NCBI RefSeq assembly: GCF_000015145.1
Contig: NC_008818.1
Location: 570,001 to 602,000 of the forward strand
DNA: 32,000 bases
Direction of reading: 5' to 3'
Source of the DNA: Hyperthermus butylicus DSM 5456
Lineage (GTDB): Archaea; Thermoproteota; Thermoprotei_A; Sulfolobales; Pyrodictiaceae
Shown: positions 9,549 through 18,108 of the stretch, piece by piece
How positions within the stretch are numbered: position 1 is the stretch's first letter
Layout: each line of letters begins with the position of its first letter
The notes under the pieces: model-generated
The model's input: the letters and a program-made list of their open reading frames with translations, nothing else
Database searches by the model: none
Told to the model about the DNA's origin: nothing
Program-made: the position numbers and the translations under genes

Positions 9549-10562
9549 CTAGTATCTCACCCTGGGGTCTATGATGGCGTAAAGTATGTCTATGATCAAG
9601 TTTATAGTCACGTATATCAGTGCTATGAATAGCACAGCTGCTATCAACACTATGTAGTCGAAGTTGTGTATCGCCCTGATCATGTACGTGCCAAGCCCCG
9701 GCAGGTTAAAGACGGTCTCAGTAATCGGCGCGCCCGCCAGGAGCCCGCCAAACATTAAGCCCAGAACTGTAACAACGGGGGTTAGCGCGTTTCGGAGCAC
9801 GTGAATGTAGATTCTACCACGGGGAAAGCCACGGGCTTCCATGAAGTTTATGTATTCTCCGCTAAACGCGTCGAGGAAGCTATTCCGCACGATCCTTGTT
9901 ATAAAGCCTATGCCGCCGTAGGCGAGCATGAATGCCGGCAGCCACATTCTTTTGATAAACAATACTATGTACTCGATGTCCATCTTTAGGAAGGCATCTA
10001 GTATCGGTATGCCGGTAATCCTATAGTCTGGCATTGGGAATCCTGTAAGGCTTATGAGGCCGCGTGGCTGCAGCACGAAAATTAGAAGGTAGGCTAGCCA
10101 GAAGATTGGCGTCGATATTCCGATGAGGGCGAAAGCTCTTATCACAACATCAATCCACGTATCCCTTTTGATGGCGGCTATTATGCCTAGAGGTATACCG
10201 ATAGTTATTATGAATAGGAATGCGAATAGTGTTAGAGGCAGCGTAACCGTCAGCAGCTTCTCCATAATCTGATCCCAGACATTTGTGTGCGTCACAGGGC
10301 TCACAGCCTCACCACTCAGCACCTTCTTGAGAAAGAAGTAGTATTGTACATACCAGGGGTCGTTGAGGTGGTACTCCTCGATAAGCCTCTGGACAACCTC
10401 GGGGTCAGCCTTCTCGCCGCCAGCCCATAGCCTAGCTGGATTAGCTGGTATCTGTACAGCAATAATGTAGACGAGGAATGTAACACCTATCACTGTTGGC
10501 ACGAACGTTATGAGTCTGCGGAGTAGGAAGCGGCGTAGATTGGCCAATTCCCTAACCCCCAT
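9549..10562 (-). CDS. dppB: Peptide ABC transporter permease, OppB/DppB type
   Basis: 337 aa with LLRRLITFVPTVIGVTFLVYII, YHLNDPWYVQYYFFLKKVLSGE, EARGFPRGRIYIHVLRNALTPVVTVLGL and GLGTYMIRAI. Confidence 0.95.
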   Translation of the reverse strand: MGVRELANLRRFLLRRLITFVPTVIGVTFLVYIIAVQIPANPARLWAGGEKADPEVVQRLIEEYHLNDPWYVQYYFFLKKVLSGEAVSPVTHTNVWDQIMEKLLTVTLPLTLFAFLFIITIGIPLGIIAAIKRDTWIDVVIRAFALIGISTPIFWLAYLLIFVLQPRGLISLTGFPMPDYRITGIPILDAFLKMDIEYIVLFIKRMWLPAFMLAYGGIGFITRIVRNSFLDAFSGEYINFMEARGFPRGRIYIHVLRNALTPVVTVLGLMFGGLLAGAPITETVFNLPGLGTYMIRAIHNFDYIVLIAAVLFIALIYVTINLIIDILYAIIDPRVRY

Positions 10563-10656
10563 TCACCCGCGCTACTGAGATGATACTTCGTACATGTTGG
10601 CTCCGGGCTCTGGGATAAGGCTGCCCCCTATTAGTGCTTCCCTGCACAAAGCCCAG

Positions 10657-10682
10657 TATTCAAAAATACTATTCAAAAATAC
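10657..10682. repeat. Tandem 13-bp direct repeat in the dppB/SBP divergent intergenic region
   Basis: TATTCAAAAATAC occurs twice in perfect tandem (10657-10669, 10670-10682), followed by a degenerate TATTTAG. Confidence 0.9.
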
Positions 10683-10881
10683 TATTTAGCTTGTATCTAA
10701 TTACAAAGTATATATACATTATTGAATACACGTAAAATATACAACGTTCCCACTCTAGAACCCTTCAACTACTGCCTGGAGCCATCAATTCCGCTTGCTT
10801 CGCCATAACTTCCTCCGACGTCTATACATCTGAGCACAGGGTAAAGCATAGTCAAATCCCACGCTTGCACAACAATAAAAG

Positions 10882-10890
10882 CTTTTTAAA
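10882..10890 (+). promoter_or_regulatory. Candidate archaeal TATA box for the peptide-binding protein gene
   Basis: CTTTTTAAA at 10882-10890, about 55-65 bp upstream of the GTG start candidates (10945 or 10954). Confidence 0.5.
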
Positions 10891-10944
10891 GGGGCCAAGG
10901 GGTAGGCTAGAACCCGATAGAATAGGTAGCCCGTAGACATATGG

Positions 10945-13164
10945 GTGGGAGTTGTGGCGAGTCGTGCGGCTTTAATAGCTGGTATTGTTGTGCTTGTTGT
11001 TATTGTTGCTGGTATTGCGGTCTACTTTGCCTCCAAGCCTGAGGAGAAGCCTGCAGCACCAACCGAACAGCCAACAGAACAACCAACAACAACACCAACA
11101 GAAGAAAAGCCTGCTGAAGAGCAACCGGTACAGGCGGCAAAGCCTCAGCTTCCACCCGAGGTCAAGGTTATAGAGGTTAGCAAGGCTGTAATCGCTGTTG
11201 CACCAAAGGATGTAGCTGTCGAGGACATAGTTAACGCGATTGATACTAAGGGCAAGAAGCTGATAATTGTCCGCTACGAGGTTGATGAGGAGAACACTAA
11301 GCCGGTAGAAGAAAGTGTAGGCTTCTCCGACATAAACCCAGCATTCTATAGGAACACAACGATAGACGCACTAATCATAGCTGCGAGAAAGGAGACCAAC
11401 CCCGAGATACGTGAAATGCTCTATGAAGCTGTCTACAAGCTGAGCAACTACGAGGTACCAATACTCTGGCTTGGCCAGTATATGCTTGTGCGTAGTCAGT
11501 GGAGCTGGGTGCACGGCCGCTACTATCACCCAACACTAGCTGAGCGCTACGACTTGCTATGGGAGGATCCAGCTGCGCCTGTGAAGAACCTGGAGTTTGG
11601 TGGCTACAAGAATGACCCCTCAACATACGTGATAGCAACTATAGGCTGGCCTGACACCTTCGACCCAGCAGCAGACTATGAGACCTTCGGCTGGGCGATA
11701 TTCCACAACATTGGTGACACTCTAGTAACCTACTGGAAGGATGATACTAAGGAGGTTATACCAGACCTAGCTGTTGCATGGGTACACGATAAGGAAGGTA
11801 CAACCTGGTACTTCGTGATACGTGGCGGTGTAAAGGCCTACGATCCATGGCACAACAAGGTCTACGATATAAGTGCTGTAGACGTGTTATTCACAATATG
11901 GCGTGTAGCGAGGCTAGGCCTAGACCCGAGCTGGATGGTTACAGAGTTCATTGACGTAAACAACTCCAAGGTGCTAACTGAGGAGGAGTTCGACCAGATA
12001 CTAGCCCAGGGCGGCCTCTATGCAGACTACAAGGGCCAGACGATAGAGCCTAAGAGCTTGAAGGAGCTGCTAGAATTCTTCGGCTACGATGGTGAGACTG
12101 CTGGTGTTGTAATGCTCAAGCTATACATGCCGTACAGCCCGATACTCAGCATACTCAGCGACCCATTCCTAATAGTCATCCCGATGAAGTACTTGTTTGA
12201 CAATGTCGACGAGTTGAAGGGCAAATATGAGGAGGCCCTGGAGGCAAGCCAGTACGGCAAGAACCCGGCAGCGTGGGCCAACTATATAGGCACGGGTGAG
12301 CAGGAGCCGACGCACCTCTACCTCCACAAATACCCCATTGGCACCGGGCCATACTATGTTGCCGAGTACAAGGAGGATAGCTACATAGTGCTAAAGTACA
12401 ACCCATACTACTGGAACAAGAGCCTATGGTACATGGAGCCCTATGGTAAGGATGGTGTGCCAAGCCACCAGACAGTAATCTACCTTATAGCCAACGACCA
12501 CGTAACAAGGCTGCAGATCTACAAGGCTGGCCAGGCCGACACAGCAGTTGTGCCGCTCGATAGGCTTGACGAAGTTAGAGACTACAAGCTGCAGGACAAC
12601 CCACAGTTCAAGATAGAGGTGGAGACTGGCGGACTAGAGCCAGCGATAGTCTACATAGTGCTCAACGCTAACAAGGAGCCATTCAACAATAGGCTTGTAA
12701 GGCAGGCGTTAATGTATGCTATACCATTCGACCAGATCAAGGAGGTGGTATACTCCGGGTTCCTTGAGAGGCTATATGGTGTCATACCTGCAGGCTTCCC
12801 AGGCCACAACGATGACATAGTGATAAAGTACACGTTCGACCTAGACAAGGCTATGGAGCTGATACAGAAGAGCGGTATAGACCCAACCAAGTATAACATC
12901 GAGATCTGGTACAACGAGGGTAACGCACAGCGCGAACAGATAGCCACCCTGCTACAGCAGACATGGGGCCAGCTAGGCTTCAAGGTTGGCGTAAAGGCGC
13001 TCAACTGGCCAACGCTACTATCAAAGACCGAGAAGGGCGACTTCGACGTATACATCATCGGCTGGGCGCCAGACTACCTAGACCCAGACAACTATGCAGG
13101 CCCACTATTCTACGGTGGTACCAGGTTCAGCTTCCTAGAGGTAGTAGTACCAGAGCAAGGCTAA
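10945..13164 (+). CDS. Family-5 (peptide/Opp-type) solute-binding protein with apparent circular permutation, N-terminally membrane anchored
   Basis: 739 aa: TM anchor (ALIAGIVVLVVIVAGIAVYFA), Pro/Thr/Glu stalk, then a segment resembling the usual C-terminus (NPAFYRNTTIDALIIAARKETNPEIREMLYEAVYKLSNYEVPILWLGQYMLVRSQWSWVHGRYYHPTL), then the usual N-terminus (YVIATIGWPDTFDPAADYETFGWAIFHNIGDTLVTYW...VIPDLAVAW), ending DFDVYIIGWAPDYLDPDNYAGPLFYGGTRFSFLEVVVPEQG-stop. Confidence 0.9.
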   Translation: MGVVASRAALIAGIVVLVVIVAGIAVYFASKPEEKPAAPTEQPTEQPTTTPTEEKPAEEQPVQAAKPQLPPEVKVIEVSKAVIAVAPKDVAVEDIVNAIDTKGKKLIIVRYEVDEENTKPVEESVGFSDINPAFYRNTTIDALIIAARKETNPEIREMLYEAVYKLSNYEVPILWLGQYMLVRSQWSWVHGRYYHPTLAERYDLLWEDPAAPVKNLEFGGYKNDPSTYVIATIGWPDTFDPAADYETFGWAIFHNIGDTLVTYWKDDTKEVIPDLAVAWVHDKEGTTWYFVIRGGVKAYDPWHNKVYDISAVDVLFTIWRVARLGLDPSWMVTEFIDVNNSKVLTEEEFDQILAQGGLYADYKGQTIEPKSLKELLEFFGYDGETAGVVMLKLYMPYSPILSILSDPFLIVIPMKYLFDNVDELKGKYEEALEASQYGKNPAAWANYIGTGEQEPTHLYLHKYPIGTGPYYVAEYKEDSYIVLKYNPYYWNKSLWYMEPYGKDGVPSHQTVIYLIANDHVTRLQIYKAGQADTAVVPLDRLDEVRDYKLQDNPQFKIEVETGGLEPAIVYIVLNANKEPFNNRLVRQALMYAIPFDQIKEVVYSGFLERLYGVIPAGFPGHNDDIVIKYTFDLDKAMELIQKSGIDPTKYNIEIWYNEGNAQREQIATLLQQTWGQLGFKVGVKALNWPTLLSKTEKGDFDVYIIGWAPDYLDPDNYAGPLFYGGTRFSFLEVVVPEQG

Positions 13165-13262
13165 CCCTCTAAGAGGGCCGAAGTGGTGCGACAAGCTGGC
13201 TCCGAACTTGTTTTTACGTGTTTTTCATTTCACGCTCTTCTCGCCCGCGCGTGCTCCCCTGG

Positions 13263-14147
13263 TTACTCTTGGACTGCGGGTGCTCTGCGACAAACTAGCA
13301 CGTTTGTCTGAGCCCTACGCACCACAGTCTCTGTCGTAGCTCCTATCGGTGATGTGCGGCTCAAACCTGGGCCGACAATGATTAGTGCAGCGTCTAGCCT
13401 TGCTGCCTCCTCTATTATCCGTTTACCGGGCTTCCCTTCGAGGAGTCTAGTGTTCACAGCTAGGCCACGGTGTCTCGCTTTCTCTGCAAGCTTCTCCAGC
13501 CTCTCCCTTGCGAGGATGGGGTCTTCGCCTGGCTCGAGTACATGTAGCAGTGTAAGAGGATTCCCTGTATGCTCAGCAACCTCTACCGAGCATGTATACA
13601 CGTCTTCTAGGTAGAGATTGAAGTCTATGGCTGCTACAACGGTGCCCTTGAGCGGGGGTGGCTGTACTGGCTCGCCGTCCGGGCTCCTCCGTATCCTTGC
13701 TATGAGCAGAGGTTTACGTGACGCGTGGAGTACCTCCTCGACAACACTGCCCAGTAGCAGTTCGCGGAGGAGGCCATGGCCTCGGGAGCCTAGCACTATG
13801 TAGTCCGCGCCGTATGCCTCGGAGGCTCTCACTATCCATCCAGCTGGGTTGCCAATCTTGGGCCTCGGCACCTCCACCTCAAACCCGTAGCGCTCCAGCA
13901 TGCTTGCATACTCTGCAAGTTTCCCCAACGCCTTCCTCCTCTGCTCCTCAACAACCTTGTCAACAGACACTATCCCAGCCAAAAGTTCTGCCACAATGTG
14001 CTCTGGCACGACATGGAGAAGTATAAGTGTTGTTGTGCCGAGGAGTCTCAGGTTTGGAAGCCACTCTACAAGCACGTCAGACGATGGAGACATGTCTAGA
14101 CCAACGAGCGCTGTAGCAAACCTCCATCCAGAATCCCTTATCTGCAT
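13263..14147 (-). CDS. Universal stress protein with two UspA domains
   Basis: 294 aa. The first domain ends YIVLGSRGHGLLRELLLGSVVEEVLHASRKPLLI. The second has ALIIVGPGLSRTSPIGATTETVVRRAQTNVLVC. Confidence 0.9.
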   Translation of the reverse strand: MQIRDSGWRFATALVGLDMSPSSDVLVEWLPNLRLLGTTTLILLHVVPEHIVAELLAGIVSVDKVVEEQRRKALGKLAEYASMLERYGFEVEVPRPKIGNPAGWIVRASEAYGADYIVLGSRGHGLLRELLLGSVVEEVLHASRKPLLIARIRRSPDGEPVQPPPLKGTVVAAIDFNLYLEDVYTCSVEVAEHTGNPLTLLHVLEPGEDPILARERLEKLAEKARHRGLAVNTRLLEGKPGKRIIEEAARLDAALIIVGPGLSRTSPIGATTETVVRRAQTNVLVCRRAPAVQE

Positions 14148-14404
14148 ATCATTGCAAACCTCCTGGAGACCACTACACTTATACAGTATCTAGCCCACCC
14201 CTAAGTCTAAACAATGCCTGGATTAACAACAATACAGCATAGCAGAGCTTGACAGCAAGGTACCAAAAGGAATGATCGGAAAACCGTGAAGAAGAGCGTT
14301 CCAAGAATATTCTGTACTTCGCTGAAGGGTTAAGAGTTGCCCAGCTATACGGCCCTCGACATAGTCGGTTGCTTGAACACTTAATGTGCGGGGCTTAGCC
14401 GGGG

Positions 14405-15177
14405 ATGGTTTTCAGGTTCGGTCACGGGAAACCAGTCATAGACCCCTATGAACTCAAGAAGGACAGGGTGCTACAGGGCAAGAAGATAGTCCTCACGTTT
14501 CACCCCGCATTACTTGCTAAAGCGAAAAACGTGCTTGAGAATGTTAGGAGCTGTGAAGCTGAGCGGGTGGCTCTTCAAGAGCTTTATGGGCGTTTACCGT
14601 GGCAAGGAGGTGCTCGTTGCTCTTCCGTATCCCGGTTCTCCTGATGCTGTGGCAGTACTCGAAGTACTCGCCGCTATGGGTGGAAGCGTATTCGTGGTTG
14701 TTGGAAGAGTTGGAGCTATCCACCCAACGTTGAGTGTAGGCGACGTGTTTGTTCCAACGTGGGGGCTACGCGAGGAGGGTGTAAGCTTCCACTACGTTCC
14801 CGACACGGATTTCATCCCGAAACCTGATGCCGAACTGGCCGACGCTCTTTACAGACGTGCTATAGGGTTGAAGGGGGAAGAGGAGAATTAGGATCGTTAA
14901 GGGAGGTGTCTGGACTACCGACGCGATATTCCGGGAGACCGTTGACAGGGTTGTAGAGTACTCGTCAAAGGGCGTATATGGGGTTGACATGGAGTCCACA
15001 GCGTTGATGACAGCGGCTTGGTATAGAGGCGTGAGGCTAACCGTCATAGCATCCGTATCCGACGAACTACACCACGATGGAAGGTGGGTGAAAGGATCCC
15101 AGAGCAGGAGGCTCAGAGTAACAGAGAAGCTTATTGTTAGAGCGGCCCTTGACACGGCCTCGGATCTAGAGCCCTAG
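14405..15177 (+). pseudogene. Nucleoside (uridine) phosphorylase family gene broken by two frameshifts
   Basis: Three successive frames: 14405.. (FHPALLAKAKNVLENVRSCEAERVALQELYG), 14514 frame (VYRGKEVLVALPYPGSPDAVAVLEVLAAMGGSVFVVVGRVGAIHPTLSVGDVFVPTWGLREEGVSFHYVPD), then 14892 frame (RIVKGGVWTTDAIFRETVDRVVEYSSKGVYGVDMESTALMTAAWYRGVRLTVIASVSDELHHDG). Together they form one PNP_UDP_1 protein. Confidence 0.75.
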
Positions 15178-15515
15178 ACTTTACTGGAGCCCTGATACAG
15201 TGAACATCCTAGCTCTACATCCTACTCTATATTTATAGCTTAAACTTATAGCTGGCCGGGCTGCGAGAAAGCTATCCAGAGCTCTAGGCGAGATATTGAT
15301 CCTTGAAGCCTGGGCAGAAGCCTACAATCTCCATGTCCACGGTTCAGCGAACGCGCTTACAGCACCGAAGACATAGAGCCGGCGACATAGTTGATAGAGA
15401 AGCAGTCGAGTGCACGAGGAATCGGCTGGAGAGCATGAACATAGACAAGAGCCTCGGCACCTTGCCCATTCTTCACCCGTTACTGTCAGCGCCGGGGTAG
15501 CGTGGAGGTGCCTCC

Positions 15516-17657
15516 TCACGGGCTCCGACGTTGAGTCCTACTCCTCCTGCACCCAATTAATGCTTTGAGTGCTTCCCGCAGGAGCGCTTGTGCTTCTTCT
15601 ACGCTGGCTCCCAGGATTTCCGCTGTTTCACCGATCGGTTTTCCTTGAAGTATTCTCGCCACGAGCGCTACTAGGCTGCGGTCATCTAGTCTGTCTTCGC
15701 AGCCTGCCAGTAGGGCTGATGCCGTGGCTAGGTATGCGGAGTCTATTACCTGCTCTAGCTCGACCACTCCCTCCATATAGGTGTTGAGCGCCTTGTGGTC
15801 CAGCTGTTCGAGTACTATCGGCGCATCGTGGAGGGGCTGGGTAGCCCTCAGGAGTATAGCCGTCTTTTCTGCTGCTAGGTCGCGGTAGGTGCTATGTGCA
15901 CCTAGAACTAGCTTCCTCCGTGCCCTCCTGGAGGCGTTCGTGAGCACCTCTGCACCCTTGGGGGTTAGGGGCTTTGCGAAGCCGAGGTTCTTCTCGCCCG
16001 TAGCCTTGTTGTAGCGGGGGCTCACGTAGAACAGTGTGTAGCCGGTCTTAACCCAGAACCCTATGACGTCGTGGCGGCCAAACAGTGCGGCAACAATGTC
16101 TACTCCTTTGCCGCGGGCCCAGTCCTCGACAGCGCTTAGCAGCTTCCTGCCAAGGCCGCGGCGCTGCAGCTCGGGGTGGACGGCTATCCTCACGATCCTG
16201 GCAGCCTTCAGCTCCTTTGCCGCACTGTCTGCTTGGAGCCACAGAATCTTAAGAGCGATCCTCGCGGGCTCCTCTAGCCCCCACTCCTCCAGTGCCACAT
16301 CGGCCGCAGCTGCTAGACTGCCACCGCAGACTAGGGCGTGAAGTATGTGGTTTCGGGACTCGAGGATGACGAGGAGGTAGTCGGGCTCCGTGCGATAGTG
16401 AGCTAGCGCTAGGAGTTGGACTAGCCTCCTAACAGCCTCCGGCTGCTCGGCGAGGCTGCGGGGCTCTAGCTGCTCAACCCTGCACTCATCAACACTGGCT
16501 GGAGCTGGGTAGTCGGGCTCGGGCTTTAGCACGAACACCCTGTTAACCCAGTCCTCGAGGGGGTCCCCGGGCGGGTAGCGTATCGGCTCACGTAGCTCAA
16601 CCCTCTCAAGGGGCTTGGGGAGCACATCCTCGACCATGTGTTGGAACACTCTGCCGCTACCCTCGTAGCCGTGTATCGTTGTTGCAGCCAGCACTCTGCC
16701 GCTCTTCCAGGCTAGTCTACGGAGCCTTGCAACTCCCACGGCGGCGGCCTCGTCGACTACAAGGAGTCCGGTTGGCTTAGCATCGTCGGGAGCTGCGTAG
16801 GCTATACGACCCCAGGGCCCCGTAACAGCTACGACATCGCCGCCGACTCGGCGGATGCGGTAACGTAGGCCTAGGACTCGCAGGCCGCGAATGAGTCCCT
16901 TGTAGAAGCTCGCTAGGCTAGCAGGGCTAGGTGCGACGGCCACAGCCTCGCCAGCTGCTCCACGCTTTACGGCTAGGGCGACAGCTAGGCCTAGCAGGTA
17001 GCTCTTGCCTCTGCCCCGGTCGCCGGTTACCAGGAAGCTGCGATAGCCAGCGTCGAGGTATAGACTGAACCTGTCCAGCGCCTCTGCCTGGCTGGGCGTG
17101 GCGGCGAGCCCGAGGAGCCTCCTCGGCGCTCCAAACCTGGGCTCGTAGCCTCGGGGGCCGAGGAGCCACTCGTGGGCTCTCCCCCTGGGTGGCTGGTACG
17201 CGTACACCTCACCGGTATCAGCGTCGGCCCAGAGGAGCACTCTAGCCTCGCGCAGTGAGGAGAGGAGGTAGCGACGGTAGCCCCCCACGCCGCCACTGGG
17301 CCCTGGATTCCACTCGTGCAGCGGCGGTGCCATGATGACCAGCATTCCTCCCGAGGAAACTACTCCTGCGAGGCCTGCCACAAGGTTGGGTCGTAGCAAG
17401 CCGTCGGTAGCAATGATAACGTAGTCGGCCTCGCTGCCAAGTAGCCTCTCAAACCCGCCAGGAGAGCCGGGCCTGCAACGCCTGGGGACAGCAAGGGACT
17501 GGGGGGCCACAGCTATACAATTACCGTCCAGCACTTCAGCGGTAGTATTCAGCAGCCACTGGAGCCTATTGCTGTGAACTACAGCGAGGCCACGGTAGCC
17601 AGAGTTGCGTATCTCCACGGCGAACCTTGCAAGGCTCTCCGGGTGGCTATACTTCAT
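15516..17657 (-). CDS. tmcA: tRNA(Met) cytidine acetyltransferase TmcA-like (DUF1726, helicase-like ATPase and GNAT domains)
   Basis: 713 aa with Walker A FLVTGDRGRGKSYLLGLA, TGLLVVDEAAAVGVARLRRL, GRVFQHMVEDVLPKPLERVELREPIRYPPGDPLEDWVN and GNAT motif RIVRIAVHPELQRRGLGRKLLSAVE (read as ARIVRIAVHPELQRRGLG). Confidence 0.95.
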   Translation of the reverse strand: MKYSHPESLARFAVEIRNSGYRGLAVVHSNRLQWLLNTTAEVLDGNCIAVAPQSLAVPRRCRPGSPGGFERLLGSEADYVIIATDGLLRPNLVAGLAGVVSSGGMLVIMAPPLHEWNPGPSGGVGGYRRYLLSSLREARVLLWADADTGEVYAYQPPRGRAHEWLLGPRGYEPRFGAPRRLLGLAATPSQAEALDRFSLYLDAGYRSFLVTGDRGRGKSYLLGLAVALAVKRGAAGEAVAVAPSPASLASFYKGLIRGLRVLGLRYRIRRVGGDVVAVTGPWGRIAYAAPDDAKPTGLLVVDEAAAVGVARLRRLAWKSGRVLAATTIHGYEGSGRVFQHMVEDVLPKPLERVELREPIRYPPGDPLEDWVNRVFVLKPEPDYPAPASVDECRVEQLEPRSLAEQPEAVRRLVQLLALAHYRTEPDYLLVILESRNHILHALVCGGSLAAAADVALEEWGLEEPARIALKILWLQADSAAKELKAARIVRIAVHPELQRRGLGRKLLSAVEDWARGKGVDIVAALFGRHDVIGFWVKTGYTLFYVSPRYNKATGEKNLGFAKPLTPKGAEVLTNASRRARRKLVLGAHSTYRDLAAEKTAILLRATQPLHDAPIVLEQLDHKALNTYMEGVVELEQVIDSAYLATASALLAGCEDRLDDRSLVALVARILQGKPIGETAEILGASVEEAQALLREALKALIGCRRSRTQRRSP

Positions 17658-18108
17658 GCCAGCTACACACCCTTCGGCAAGGAGATGGGAGAATGGGGCG
17701 GCGCTGGGGAGGCCACTATACCGGCCTTGCCGGTCCCCGCATCACCCCAACAGCGGGCCGGAGACTCGGCCCGGTCTGCGGGGCGGGGCCGGGGGAGCCC
17801 CGCGGCCCACCACGTGATGAATCTTCAGTCATGAGAGACACCTATAACAGTTAAGCTTGTCACTCACCCTGGCTATCCAAGGCTACCGCATGCGGGTTTG
17901 GGGCGCACATCGGCACGTTCAACAGAGTGGTGCTCTACGGTCTACTCCATGGCTGGAAGCGTTGATATACATAGTGGTGAATACATGCTGGCATGAGGGA
18001 GATCGGCAGGTGTAGCAGCGGCGATTGCTGGGAGCCAGAGTTTAACCGCTATTGTTGGAGGATGTTTCGGTGAGCAGGCTGTAAAAAGCTGTATGGGCTG
18101 GGGTTCAG

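Noticed and set aside
7373-9632. Plus-strand ORFs antisense to the dpp genes (e.g. 8376-8576, 9303-9632)
   Set aside because: They overlap strongly supported ABC transporter genes and have no recognisable features.
10657-10682. Possible CRISPR or iteron-like array at the 13-bp tandem repeat
   Set aside because: There are only two perfect units with no spacers, in an intergenic promoter region. No repeat-spacer periodicity was seen anywhere in the window.
12963-13172. Overlapping plus-strand ORF MGPARLQGWRKGAQLANATIK...
   Set aside because: It is an out-of-frame, Arg-rich shadow of the SBP coding sequence.
13165-13262. Possible missing C-terminus of the peptide SBP downstream, caused by a frameshift
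   Set aside because: The bases after the stop (ccctctaagagggccgaagtggtgcgacaagctgg...) do not encode the NPEVD/VPIIWL-type segment in any frame, and the segment is present once, upstream. A simple frameshift does not explain the architecture.
15569-17854. Several ORFs overlapping tmcA (15569-15787, 16048-16242, 16063-16341, 16927-17169, 17027-17296, 17574-17854)
   Set aside because: Shadow ORFs in GC-rich DNA, dominated by Arg/Pro/Ser/Ala, overlapping a clearly supported tmcA gene.
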